Shown: positions 1 through 12,210, counted from the whole stretch's first letter. The stretch: 63,799 nucleotides of DNA, filler included, from Pirum gemmata (GCA_002812295.1; 24 parts of 24 records of this genome joined end to end with filler, not necessarily neighbours in it), one strand, 5' to 3'. Numbers and translations are program-made. The notes: generated from the letters alone by a model not told the origin.

Positions 1-65
1 AATATCTATAGAAAGGTCTTGCTGAGCTAATTAAATATATCCAATATAAAATTTAAATATTTAAC
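1..65 (+). repeat. Dispersed repeat (AATATCTATAGAAAGGTCTTGCTGAGCTAATT...)
   Basis: Near-identical copy at 2396-2460 and a diverged inverted copy at about 13730-13800. Confidence 0.8.
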
Positions 66-1666
66 CATGATTTTGGGTAGTGGAAAGATTTTATATATTT
101 ATTGGGCTAACGAGTCGACACGAAAAAAAAAAAAAATCTCAATTTTTGTAATGGTTTTTTTTTGGTTTTTTGTTTCATTTTTGTTTTTTGTTTTCAAAAA
201 TATTATTATTTGTTTTTCAATTTATTGTTATTTGTTTTTCTTTTTTTATTTTTTTTATAAAAACTTATTACAAAATTTTAGTCTAGGCTACTATCGATAC
301 TCCTACCCCTGAAATCGAGTAACCCCCCTCTACTACTAAACCCCCATATTTAACTACTTATTAAAAAAGACTGATATTTTAAAGGTGTTGAATCTAGTTC
401 GATTCGTTTTTATTCTCTTTCTATCCATTTCAAGTATTGATTATGCAAAATTAATTAATACTTTTAAAAATTCTTATTTTTGTTCTCATTAGACCATTCA
501 ACTTTCGAGGGGCTAGGGAGTTCAAGGTTAAGATTGTTCGGGTTAGGTTTTAAGTTTAGGGTGTTGTTTTTAGGGTTAGGTATTGTTAGGTTAACCTGGT
601 TTGGTATTCGACTTTCGAGCTTGGGAATGTTCAAGGTTAGGATTGTTAGGATTAGGTTTAAGTTTAGGGAGTTCTTAGGGTTCTTTAGATATACACATAG
701 GTCGTTTGAATGTGTTCTTCAGGTTTAATTAAATTAGTTATCCTCTTTATAATATAGAATTATAAATTCTTATATTTTTAATGAGTTTGTATTTAAAATA
801 TTATTAAAAAAACAAACTCATAAATAATATTATTAATTATATATTATATTATTTATTTTATTGTATCCTTGTACTAGTATTAGGGTCCCAAGTAATGATA
901 GAATATAAGACTTGGTCAAACTTAACAAATGATACTATTTATTATATAAATATAATATATTCTAATTCTTTATCATCATCTTTATTTTCTTGTATTTATG
1001 ATAGCGTGTTTGTTTTATTGTATGTCATATATAATTATCTGTAAGCTTTAATATTAATATTATCACACTTCATAATAACTACTATTATTACGATGTGGAC
1101 TAATATCTTACTATTTAACTTGTAATATATCCCTAATGAGTACTTTGTCAGTTTTCAACATTAGCGTTAGATCAAGTTTAAGAAACTTTAGACTCTAGGT
1201 CTAAAGCATAGCAATTTAACAATAACAATAAGTAACAATAATAATATCAATAACAATAGCCAGCAAACCGAATGTAAATCATCAATTTTTTTGTTAAACC
1301 TACAGTAGTCTATATGTGCGCAGCGTACTATATGATATATATAATAATGTCAGTATATTATCATATTGATGTATTAATAATGATATATTCTAAGAGCTCT
1401 GCAGCTGATTGGACTATTAAAATTTCACCAACCTCACGTATGAATATACATTTAGTGTACATTGCATTTATTTATTTATTTTATATAAAAAAAGTGTTTT
1501 AGTCCTCAGTTGAGTCAGTTCCCCCCGAGCCAATTTGACAAAGTGCCACTGTGCCATTGGGTAAAGAGTGGGAAAAGTGTGAAACTTTTTTTCACAATAA
1601 AATTACTATAACTAAAATTTCTATAGATTTGATTTGTGGACTTTTGTGACTAAACAAAAGGTTTAT

Positions 1667-1729
<63 letters not shown>

Positions 1730-2265
1730 CATTCATAAATTCATAATAAACATTACTGTTAAATACACACCCCAACATTATTCATAATAAACATTACATC
1801 ATAAATATGTATAAGCTTGAACTTTTCAAACCTATGTATTTATTAATAAACTTGAAAAAAATCAATTTCGAACAGAGCAGAATGAGTGTAGATTTAGGTT
1901 AAATTTAGCAGAATTTTGGGTTTTCAAAAGCAGATATCGAGTTTTTCGAGGCAGAAGGCAGAAACAGAAAGTCTCAAGCAGAAAGTTGACTTTTAGGGGC
2001 AAAATTGCGAGAAGCCTATAGACAGGGTCTAGCTAGACCAATCACCTATCATATAGANTGTATTTATTAATAAACTTGAAAAAAATCAATTTCGAACAGA
2101 GCAGAATGAGTGTAGATTTAGGTAAATTTAGCAGAATTTTGGGTTTTCAAAAGCAGATATCGAGCTTTTCGAGGCAGAAGGCAGAAACAGAAAGTCTCAA
2201 GCAGAAAGTTGACTTTTAGGGGCAAAAATTCTCTACGGCTAGCATATTCTACAAATGGGTCGCAG

Positions 2266-2331
<66 letters not shown>

Positions 2332-2472
2332 CGAAACGCAGTTTTTTAGGCCTATTATAAAAGTTTTCTCCTCTTTTGTCCAATATAGTGTTCCTAATAT
2401 CTATAGAAAGGTCTTGCTGAGCTAATTAAATATATCCAATATAAAATTTAAATATTTAACAATGACTTTTTG

Positions 2473-2572
2473 NNNNNNNNNNNNNNNNNNNNNNNNNNNN
2501 NNNNNNNNNNNNNNNNTTAATTAATTAANNNNNNNNNNNNNNNNNNNNNNNNNNNNNNNNNNNNNNNNNNNN
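2473..2572. other. Artificial scaffold-concatenation linker (N44-TTAATTAATTAA-N44), first of 23
   Basis: An identical 100-nt linker with stops in all six frames starts at 2473, 6562, 9114, 11686, 14225, 16834, 19374, 21943, 24516, 27022, 29591, 32097, 35145, 38906, 41445, 44013, 46554, 49122, 51689, 54259, 56779, 59347 and 61886. The pieces between are mostly 2406-2509 bp, consistent with size-sorted scaffolds. Confidence 0.98.
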
Positions 2573-2975
2573 AGGGTTAGGGTTAGGGTTAGGGTTAGGG
2601 TTAGTCTTAGGGTTAGGGTTAGAGTTAGTGTTAGGGTTAAGGTTAAGGATTAGGGTTAGTGTTAGTGTTAGTGTTAGTGTTAGTGTTAGTGTTAGTGTTA
2701 GGGTTAGGGGTTAGTGTTAGGGGGTAGTGTTGCGGGGGTAGTGTTAAGGCTAGTGTTAGGAACAGGATTATGGGTTAGGATTAGGGTTATGGGTTAGGAT
2801 TAGGGGTTAGTGTTAGGGTTAGTGTTAGGATTAGTGTTAGAAATCGGGTTAGGGATTATGGGTTAGGATTAGGATTAGGATTAGGATTAGGATTAGGATT
2901 AGGATTAGGATTAGGATTGGGATTAGGATTAGGATTAGGATTAGGATTAGGATTAGGATTAGGATTAGGATTAAG
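2573..2975 (+). repeat. Interstitial telomere-like tract, TTAGGG grading into TTAGTG and TTAGGA
   Basis: Visible hexamer arrays. The G-rich strand reads into the scaffold, which is the wrong polarity for a chromosome end. Confidence 0.9.
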
Positions 2976-3214
2976 ATTACTATAGTAATGTTATTCATGC
3001 AGGTTGTTATTAAGACATACCATCAAATACATAAAAAAACCAATCTTACTTTATTAATCATATTATGGTATTTTAAAGGGTTAGGGTTAAGTTCATACAT
3101 ATTAACATTATATACAGTATCTATCCATTAATTTCTAATTACAATTCTCCCAAGAGGATTTCTAAAATAATAAAAGGTAATCCAGTGATTGACGATAATA
3201 TAATAATTCAACTA

Positions 3215-3390
3215 TCGTCTATTCCATTACAGTTGTCCTCTCAATCTTTAATTTGGTACTGTTTAAGTGTATGATTGAACTTGTTTACAAAATACAACAT
3301 TGAGTATAAAATGCCAAATTAATTAAAACATGTCTGATAGTTTAACCATAATTATAATTTGGTACGTTTATTTCAGTTTTTGAACTGGAT
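3215..3390 (+). mobile_element. MITE family B (about 175 bp, TA-flanked, TCGT termini, imperfect TIR)
   Basis: The core CAATCTTTAATTTGGTACTGTTTAAGTGT...TTCAGTTTTTGAACTGGA recurs at about 9503-9660, 22890-22930, 23040-23198, 30136-30293, 33885-34012 (minus), 51947-52078 and 53058-53217. Left end is TA|TCGT, right end ...CAC(G/T)A|TA. Confidence 0.75.
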
Positions 3391-3396
3391 TATACG

Positions 3397-3763
3397 TAGT
3401 TAAAATCCCCATCAACAGGTGAATTGGGTACAATTATATTGTTCATCAACAGGGGAGTATTCATCAGGGACTGAATTAAAATCAGCTATAGTGCATGTAT
3501 AGCCGTTAGTGTTAGTGTTAGGATCAACTTCAGAAACCAAACTTAAGCCTGGACCAAGTTCTACATTAGCTAGTTAAAATCCCATCAACAGGTGAATACT
3601 CTTCAGTGACCTTGGGCTGGGCATAATTATATTGTTCATCAACAGGGGAGTATTCATCAGGGACTGAATTTAAATCAGCTGTAGTGCATTTATAGCCGTT
3701 AGTGTTAGTGTTAGGGTCAACTTTAGAAACCAAACTTAAGCCTGAACCAAGTTCTACATTAGC
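3397..3763 (-). repeat. Tandem duplication (about 175-190 bp) of the LRR gene's 3' coding end
   Basis: 3397-3570 is a diverged, partly deleted copy of 3571-3763 (NVELGxGLSLVS.VDPNTNTNGY...DEYSPVDEQYN). Confidence 0.9.
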
Positions 3764-4906
3764 TTGTTCATGTTTAGTGTGTACATTTTGAGAAAGATTA
3801 ACATACTCTTCAGGTTTTATAGCTTGTTCATTAACGTTGTCATGAAAACCATTTTCATTTTCATCAACATTATTATAGTCATGAAAACCATTTTCATTTT
3901 CAAAACCAATTTCATTTTCATCAATATTATAATAGTTTAATTCTTTATGAGGATTGTGATATCCAAAAGCACTAATATTACTATTACTATTATCATTACC
4001 TTGATCTTTGAATTCATCGTTTTCAACATATTTAACATCATTATAATCAGAATTAATTTCTGTTTCTGTATTTTTGTTAACATCTAATACAAAAGAAATA
4101 GCTGAACGGCCATGTAATAAATCTGTTTTTCTTTTTTTCTTAAGAATGACAAAAACAATAGCACCTACTACAATCATCACTATCACAACACTTCCAATTA
4201 CACAGCCTATCATAAGCCAATTATCATTAACATCGTTATTATTAGTAAGAAAAGATGCTGGTTTACATAAATCATTGTAACTATTAGAACTGTACGTTAC
4301 ATTTCCATTACACATAATTGTAAACGCAGGATTCTTAATTTCACTAAACGCTGAATAACTTTTACAGCACTCTAAAGGATTATTATCAATATTGATAATA
4401 CAATTTTCATTTTGGTCCTGAAAAGTATTTTCTTCAAAACTTTGAATTTCATTATTAGAAAAAGAAATCATTTTCAATTTCGTTAGATTGTGTAATAAAT
4501 CCTTTGTTATATTATTAATTTGATTATTACTAAAATCTAATACTTCTAAATTCAAATATTTAGAAAAACCTTTGTCAATTATTTTAATATTGTTATTCGA
4601 TAAATCTAATTTCTTAAACATAGTATTCAAACCTATGTTCCTTCTTACCTTCTGGTTGTTACTCGAACCTGTACGCGAACCTATGTTGATAGTTAAAGAT
4701 AAACTGATATCTTCAATGTTATTATCGGCAAGGTTTATAGCTGTAAGTTGAGTCATATCTGAAAAAGTGTCATCGCGTATGGAAGTAATAGCATACCCAT
4801 TTAATTCTAATTTGGCACATTTAGGAAAATAGTTATAGTGTGGGCCAGTTTTTTTGATCAATATACCATTCTGTATTGTAAATCCGTATATAGAACATTT
4901 CGTTTG
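3566..4906 (-). CDS. Leucine-rich-repeat single-pass membrane receptor (last exon, 5' partial)
   Basis: About six LxxLxLxxN repeats (LELNGY, INLADN, LDLSNN, LDFSNN, ISFSNN, NIDNNPLEC), an LRRCT-like NPLECC...C, a TM helix (WLMIGCVIGSVVIVMIVVGAIVFVIL) followed by KKKRK, and a Tyr-rich tail. The frame stays open upstream of the TTG to an AG acceptor at 4907-4908. Confidence 0.88.
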   Translation of the reverse strand, partial: QTKCSIYGFTIQNGILIKKTGPHYNYFPKCAKLELNGYAITSIRDDTFSDMTQLTAINLADNNIEDISLSLTINIGSRTGSSNNQKVRRNIGLNTMFKKLDLSNNNIKIIDKGFSKYLNLEVLDFSNNQINNITKDLLHNLTKLKMISFSNNEIQSFEENTFQDQNENCIINIDNNPLECCKSYSAFSEIKNPAFTIMCNGNVTYSSNSYNDLCKPASFLTNNNDVNDNWLMIGCVIGSVVIVMIVVGAIVFVILKKKRKTDLLHGRSAISFVLDVNKNTETEINSDYNDVKYVENDEFKDQGNDNSNSNISAFGYHNPHKELNYYNIDENEIGFENENGFHDYNNVDENENGFHDNVNEQAIKPEEYVNLSQNVHTKHEQANVELGSGLSLVSKVDPNTNTNGYKCTTADLNSVPDEYSPVDEQYNYAQPKVTEEYSPVDGILTS

Positions 4907-4970
4907 CTATATATTATATAGGTAATTTTAGAAAAGCAATTATTATTATCATTAATTATTAATTATTAAT

Positions 4971-5006
<36 letters not shown>

Positions 5007-5012
5007 TTATTN

Positions 5013-5048
5013 AATAATGATAATGATAATGATAATAATAATATTAAT

Positions 5049-5084
<36 letters not shown>

Positions 5085-5259
5085 CAGGATACTGCCAATA
5101 AACCAGTACGTACACCGGCCCCTGCGGAAACAGCCCCAACTCAACCGACACCAGCCCCAGCCCCAGCACCAGCCCAGCCAGTTATTTTACAAAGAAACCC
5201 TGTAAACAATCCTAATCCTAATCCTAATCCTAATCCTAATCCTAATCCTAATCCTAATC

Positions 5260-5306
<47 letters not shown>

Positions 5307-5576
5307 TACGCTCATAACAACAATATTGGGAAACAACCATGTGTTTACTTTCAAAGAGGATTTTGTAATTATGGCAATAATTGTCAGTATGCTCACATCG
5401 AAGCTAACAACCAAGGCCAAGGAAATATGGGATACAATCCTAATATGAACATGGGGTACAATCCAAATCAAGGAGGAGGAGGAGGAGGACAAACCGGGAA
5501 ACAAGGCTGTCGCTTCTTTTCTTCGCCTAGTGGCTGTAGATGGGGAGACTCGTGTCGTTGGGAACATATCGGTTAA
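5013..5576 (+). CDS. Tandem CCCH zinc-finger protein, C-terminal part (absent from ORF track, 5' partial)
   Basis: Open frame from the single N at 5012 to TAA at 5574-5576. It encodes a Pro/Ala linker, NP repeats, CVYFQRGFCNYGNNCQYAH (C-x7-C-x5-C-x3-H) and CRFFSSPSGCRWGDSCRWEH (C-x8-C-x5-C-x3-H). A possible CAG acceptor lies at 5085-5087. Confidence 0.9.
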
Positions 5577-5734
5577 AAAAAAGAGAGAACTGCTTACTAT
5601 CCCTTAGCTCTAGGCTTCTTGTTGTAGTTGTTCATGTTTAAAAAAATCAATTGAAAGCCTCATGATTACTAAATAAGTTAGATAATGTTTATAGAAGATG
5701 TTTATAGAAAATGTTTTTTCTTAGAAAATGTTTT

Positions 5735-5960
5735 CGGGAAAAACCATCGAATCGAGACTAGTTCGAAACTTTCAAATTTTTCGATCTAATTTTAACTATT
5801 GACTCATTTTTGAATTCATTAAAAAATTCTTAAAAAATACGTAAAAAATTTCATAGAAAAACTTGAAACTCGAAAAAAAAAGAATATCATTTCAAAATTG
5901 TCACTAGTTAATAATTAGGATCGAGCTGTTTGATTCGATTATGTTTTCCCACATCTCCTT
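5735..5960 (+). mobile_element. MITE family F (imperfect TIR AGGGAGATG..GGAGAA...ATCGAATC)
   Basis: Homologous copies at about 45620-45792 and 37444-37547 (minus). The two ends seen across copies are approximate reverse complements over about 30 bp. Confidence 0.65.
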
Positions 5961-7296
5961 ATAATATAGAAAATGTTTACAGAAAATGTTAATTTTTTTT
6001 TAGATTATGATATTGGGTGAGTTCTGTTAAGAGTTGCAAATTCCGAACATGTGTAACTAACGGGGGAGGCCTAGCTATACCTACCTACCATTTTTATTTG
6101 AATGATTTATGTATGTATGTATGTAAAAATCTTTCAAATTATATATTTGTTTTTCTCTATTTCCAATAATTGTTCTTGTTTGTTTGTTTGTTGTTGTCTT
6201 TGGTTTTGTTTTTGTTCGTTTTTTGAATATGCTGCTTTATTTGTTATGGCATATCCCTCTGTATTTGGGTTTCTAGTAGTTATATAATATTTTGTATATT
6301 ATATATTATATGTATATATATTATATATTATATTAATATACTATATATATTAATATAACTATTCAACTTTTTTCTTTAAGGGGTTGCTGTTTATTCGTCT
6401 TCCGTTTACTGTATTTTTATTTGCGGTGTCGTTTTACTTGTTTTTTCTTTTTAAAATATATATTTAACTGGTTCAAATTTGAAAAGGCTATAATAGTTAA
6501 CCCAATAAAATATCCTACCGTATGTTGACAATAACAATAACAATAACAATAACAATAACAANNNNNNNNNNNNNNNNNNNNNNNNNNNNNNNNNNNNNNN
6601 NNNNNTTAATTAATTAANNNNNNNNNNNNNNNNNNNNNNNNNNNNNNNNNNNNNNNNNNNNTATAATATTATTTTATTATAATAATTTATATTATATTAT
6701 TATTATTATCTATTTTTAATTAAACTATTTGTAAACGAGGATCTCTTAGAAGGATAGGATCTATGAGTATGTCGAGGATACTATGTAGCGTAGCTAGCTA
6801 TGTCATAGTATCGATAGCTAGAGAGCTAGCTAGCTATGATAGCTAGAAGTTAGCTTAGCTAGACCCCCCCCTAAAAGGGCCCTAACCCCCCTCCTACTAG
6901 CTAGTCTAGCTAGACTAGTAGAGAACCCCCCTAGCTACTACTAGCTATCATAGCTAGCTAGCTAGACCCCCCTAGCTATAGCTACTAGCTATCATAGCTA
7001 CTAGCTAATAGCCTTAGGTCTACCTCTTAGTAGTTCTCTTGGCTACTAGTCTAGGCTAGCTTAGTAGGGAGTGCCTCATGTATGGTGTACCACTGCCTCA
7101 TGTATGGTGCTGTATCACTGCCTCATGTCCACTTCTTGTAATCGCGCACTATTTTTATAAAAAAAGAAAATATGATTAAATATTCGCCAATGCGATGTCA
7201 TGTTTAAAAAATATAGACGAGGGAGCTAGGACGAGGGAGTCTTAGATGGTCTTAGGGATACTTTTTTTTTCTATGATATGATATCATGCGATAAAC

Positions 7297-7391
7297 CAAG
7301 GACTTCAAAAAAAAAGGCAGGACTGAGGAACTGACTGAGGGCTTTTCCCTACGTTTTTTATGAGGGAGTTGAAGAGTAGTTGAAGTCCTTG
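7297..7391. mobile_element. Short CAAGGACTTCAA-TIR element (P-like family)
   Basis: 12-bp TIR CAAGGACTTCAA...TTGAAGTCCTTG, the same as the elements at 22546 and 60581. The TSD is not preserved here. Confidence 0.65.
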
Positions 7392-7450
7392 GATTTTTTG
7401 GAAGGTAAGATTCGGCCCCCAAGTTCTTAGTATGCGCTGTTCTTTGGTCA

Positions 7451-8843
7451 GTATTGACATAGACTAGTCTATTGACACTAGTCTATTGACATTGAAAAGG
7501 TTGGGTTTTCGACGTCCATTGTCTTGTTGGTTTTCTTTGGGTACCGGTATCCATATGTGACTTTTTAGAATTTTTGGTAGTTTGTATGGATTCTTCTATT
7601 TTTAATTATCTTTTCCCATTCATTTTGTTCTAAATTCCAAAGGTTGTTTAGGTTGTTATTATTAATTAAAGGTTTTTGTTTTGAGGTTTCCTTCTATGTT
7701 TTTTATACTATTGTTTGTCATGATCATTTGTAGATTCCAACTATTTGGAGGTGTTACTAGTGGTTTGGACTTTGAGCATATTTTTATTAATGGTTTTGTT
7801 GTTTCTTTTTTGCATAATATATCTTTATATTGCTATTATTATTGGGTTATTAATGAAGATATTTTATTTTACATCGTAAAATTCGTAGTTTTAATTAAAC
7901 TTATTGTTGTTGTTATTTTGATGGTTGTATGCTAGTATTGGGATCATGCTTTGTAGGGTTTCTATTGTATGAATTATCCATATTGTTTTTGTTGTTATTA
8001 ATAATGTTATGTATTGTGAGATTTTAATTGTAGCTTTGATGAGATTGGTTTGTGAGTAAGTAGTAGTTGCTGAGGAAGCAATGATGTTGTGATTGTTACA
8101 ATAATACCATAATATATAGTTTATGATCAGCAATTGTATTGTTCTTTTGTTGTAGAATATTGGGTTTTAACTTTTGTTCCTAATATTATAGCGTTGTAGT
8201 CGTTGTTATGGATGTTGTTGGAGTTGTCGTCTATGTTGGGATTTATACTTAATAATTTTTGATGTTGGAGTGCCATAGCCAGTCTAGTTAGTCTAGTTTT
8301 GCAAGTTTGCCTGTGTCCAAAAATTCTTTGGAACAGTATTGAGTACTATTGACAATTTGACATTGAAAAGGTTGTTTCTTCGACGTCCACTGTTTTGTTG
8401 ATTTTCTTTGGGTTACAATCCATATGTAACTTTTTTTAAAAAAATTTGGTATGATAGTCTTTTTGTATTGATTCTCCTGTTTTGTTCTATGTTCCAAAGG
8501 TTGTTGAGGTTATCATTAAAATTGTTTGCTTTGAGGTTTTCTTCTATATTTTTTATACTGCTGTTTGTTATAATAACATAATCACATGTACCGTAGATGG
8601 GGGTGTTACTAGTGGTTTGGGTTTGGAGAATATTTCTATTATTATTTTAGCCTTTTCTTTTTTACCTATTTCATTGTATTGTTGGGTGAAAGAAGATTTT
8701 TTGTTCTTTATCAAAAAGTTCATAGTTTAGTTTGTTGTTGTTGATGTTTTGATAATTATATGCTAATTTTAGGGCTATTCTGTGTTGTTTTGTACTGGAA
8801 TCATGTTTTGAAGGGTATCGATTGTGTGAATTATCCATTTTGG
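7451..8843 (-). pseudogene. Two diverged direct copies (about 7451-7985 and 8334-8843) of a decayed coding-like segment, possibly a retroelement relic
   Basis: Colinear similarity over about 500 bp (e.g. GACATTGAAAAGGTTG, TTCGACGTCCA, GGTGTTACTAGTGGTTTGG), an A/C-rich minus strand, and multiple stops and frameshifts. Confidence 0.45.
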
Positions 8844-10102
8844 TATTAACTCATTGTTGTCTTTGTTGTACGCGGCGTTCATGACTAGCTAGCTAGCTAC
8901 TAGCTAGATATGAGTGATTCTGACGCTGAAGTTGGTATTAAATAACTATAGTGCGGTCAGCCTCAAGACGGTCGAAAATCGAAATTTGTGCCAAATTTCA
9001 CTCAAAAAATCACCCAAATATAGGCTTAAGTTACCAAAAAAGTAAGTATTTTACTTAGTATGGTACATTTAATTTACCAAATATGGTCATATTATCTATT
9101 ATTATTATTATTANNNNNNNNNNNNNNNNNNNNNNNNNNNNNNNNNNNNNNNNNNNNTTAATTAATTAANNNNNNNNNNNNNNNNNNNNNNNNNNNNNNN
9201 NNNNNNNNNNNNNGTAATAGTAATAGTAATAGTAATAGTATTGGTATTAACAATAGTTTTAGTATTAGTATTATAAATTATATTAGTATTAGTATTAGTA
9301 TTAGTATTAGTATTAGAATTAGTATTAGTATTAGTAATAGTAATGGTAACTTAAATAATAATTGTAAATGAAAAGTGTTGGAATCCACAAAATATGTAAG
9401 GAAAAAAAATTAATTGAAGTGCTCGAATAAAAAATAACTATGGTAACTGTAATTATTACACCTGTTATTACTTATAACTCTACCAGTACATTGTATCCAC
9501 TATCGTCTTAATCTTTAATTTGGTACTGTTTAAGTGTATAATTGAACTTTTTTATAAAAAAACAAAATTAAGTATGAAATACCAAATTAGTTAAAACATG
9601 TCTGATAGTTTAACCATGATAATAATATTTTTATTTCAGTTTTTGAACTGGACAACACTATTGAAAAACACTATATGATTATGATAGGGATGACATCCTT
9701 TGGGAGAAATTTGGAGATAGGTTACAAAAGGAATTGAGATGGCAAAAATTATTACTTAAAATAGATATTTATATCCTTAAAATAGTAGTTTACTATATTA
9801 AGTATTACTATTAATACGTCATGTCATCCCTCTATTTTTTTTAATACAAGTTTTACAACACAGACACATTCCAGCAAAAATTTATTTTACCATATTTGAT
9901 GTAGTCTAGTTGTAGTTGATGTAGTCGTTAGACTTCTCCAAATTCTGCCCGGGCAGAATTTGGCCTTTTTTGAGAAATGGCAGAATGGAAATAAGTTCGA
10001 AAATTTTAAGCTAACAGTTAAGTATTCGAGTATATTTATTTATTTATAAACTCGAAAAAATGGAAAAATAATTTTCGAAAGGGGTTAGGTTTTAAAAAAA
10101 AG

Positions 10103-10345
10103 TAGGCTGTTNTTTTCAATTGTTCTCCCAATTCTGCTCAAACCCGAAAACTCGAATTTCTGCTGTCAAAAAAAGCCAAAATTCAGCCACGTTCGAAAAA
10201 ATAAAATTTTCCGTATTTTTCGGGTTTATTAATAAATAAATATATTTGAATACTTACTTATAAGCTTGAACATTTCAAACTTATTAATTAATTTATAGAC
10301 TCGAAATCTCGATTTTTAGACAGAGCAGAATTGGGAGACAGCCTA
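10103..10345 (+). mobile_element. MITE family D (TIR GGCT..TCCCAATTCTGCTC)
   Basis: Ends are GGCTGT...CTCCCAATTCTGCTC and GAGCAGAATTGGGAGACAGCC. A second full copy lies at 11995-12210, with related partial copies at about 9931-10080 and 1813-2230. Confidence 0.75.
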
Positions 10346-11994
10346 ACTGTAGCTACTGTAGCTAGACAATAGACTAAAAGTGAAACCAATCAAAAGATAA
10401 AATAAAAGGTCACAACAAACTCAGCAAAAAACAAAAAAAACAAAACAAAAAAGAATCAAGAGAATCCTTGAAAATTTTGGCAAAGAATGACCAAAATTAT
10501 TTCAAAAAAAGTTGTAACTTGATAATAAATATAATATATATTTAATTGATTAAGTATTGAAAAGCATATTTTAAATATTGTTTGATCCGATTCTTACTAA
10601 TCTTATACTTTATTTCATAATTGCTTTATCTTTCCCTTTTTGCTCTTATTATCCTAACATTACAGCTAGTCTTAGGTTAACTGCTACCTCAACCCCCTAA
10701 CCCCAACTCTAGCCCAACCCTAACTCTTAACCCTAACCCTAACCCTAACCCTAACCCTAACCCTAACCCCAAACCTAACTCGTAACCCTAACCCTAACAG
10801 TCCCTAACCCTAACCCTAACCCTAACCCTAACCCTAACCCTAACTCTTAACTCTAACTCTAACTCTAACTTCTAACTCTAACTTCTAACTCTAGCTAGCA
10901 TTAACATTGACTTTAATTCTGACTCTAGCTCTAATCCTAACCCTGATCCTAACCCTTATCCTAACCCTTATCATTATTATCATTATCATTATAAACATTA
11001 TACCTATCCTTATCATTATAATCATTATCATTATTAAATCCTTATCAGTAGTATCAGTATTATCATAAATTATTATCATTGTTACCAATGATGTAACAGC
11101 CCGAATAAATACGTAGGGCTTAATCAGGGTAAAACGTTGGGTCTTGAAATTGGTATAAAGAACGTTATCAAGCAGATCAGTACCACTTCATATAAACTCT
11201 AAATATCATTCATATATTATTAATTGCGTTTCAGTTTTGTTTGACACCAGAAAATTAATAGTAAATAAAAACTTTTAATAAATTAAACCTTATTGTTGTT
11301 TTCAAATACTGTAGTAGTTCTATTATATAATACTACGTATTATTGTACATAAATTGATATTTATTCTATTTATACTTCACTATATATGTTGTAAGTATTC
11401 GGGCACTTAATAATAAAAAATTTAAAAAATGACAAAATAACAAATTGGCATGATAACATTAATTAATATGATACTTTTTGTTCCAAAATAACAACACCCT
11501 TTTTTGCTTTTTTGCACCTGATCTACATTTAAAATAATAACATTTTGTAACTTCTCCTTTTTCTCATTCGATTATTGAGATTTTTATTTTTATTTTTATT
11601 TTTTTCATTTGATTTGCATACATTTTTATTATTATTATTATTATTCTGAGATTTTCTTTTATCATAGGATTTTCTTGAGTTTTTTNNNNNNNNNNNNNNN
11701 NNNNNNNNNNNNNNNNNNNNNNNNNNNNNTTAATTAATTAANNNNNNNNNNNNNNNNNNNNNNNNNNNNNNNNNNNNNNNNNNNNTTATTATTTATTATT
11801 TATTATTTATTATTTATCGTTCTAATAAACTGAAATAATACGACACGTCAAGGGGTAGGTGAATAGGTGGTATTTGACCGGAAATTAACGTCGAGGGGTA
11901 GGTAGATAGGAGTATTTAAAGCTGTATTTGATCTGGAATTGGCGTGTTACGTAGTGTAGGTATCTAGCTAGAGCTAGGGTGGAAGCCAACACCA

Positions 11995-12210
11995 AGCCTC
12001 CCCCAATTCTGCTCGAGCCCGAAACCTCGAATTTCTACTGTCAAAAAAAAGCCAAAATTCAGCTCTGTTCGAAAATTATTTTCATTATTTTTTTTCGGGG
12101 TTATTAGTAAATAAATATGTTTGAATACTACGTTTAAAATTTCGAACTTTTTTAATTAATAAATAGCTTGAAAACTCGATTTTTAAAAAAGAGCAGAATT
12201 GGGAGAAGCC
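11995..12210 (+). mobile_element. MITE family D copy
   Basis: TIR AGCCTCCCCCAATTCTGCTC / GAGCAGAATTGGGAGAAGCC; the interior is colinear with the 10103 copy. Confidence 0.75.

Noticed and set aside
1834..2230. Tandem duplication of about 175 bp (likewise the doubled element at 45854-46321)
   Set aside because: The copies are near-identical and separated by N, and the second case has a single TSD pair; most likely unmerged overlaps or alleles.
1..2472. LTR pair or circular contig, suggested by the same 65 bp at both ends
   Set aside because: The copies diverge immediately after the match, a third inverted copy exists at about 13730, and there is no retroelement coding sequence between them.
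2517..2528. TTAATTAATTAA recurring every about 2.5 kb as a biological periodic motif or nanochromosome boundary
   Set aside because: It is always centred in exactly 44+44 Ns and is a six-frame-stop assembly spacer.
2573..2975. True telomere at scaffold start (also 24616)
   Set aside because: The G-rich strand points inward and the tract is degenerate; similar tracts are internal elsewhere.
3215..3390. Helitron interpretation of family B, based on the 3' hairpin TTCAGTT-TTTG-AACTGGA
   Set aside because: Copies show TA|TCGT...ACGA|TA-type ends like family A and no consistent CTRR terminus, so a TIR MITE is more parsimonious.
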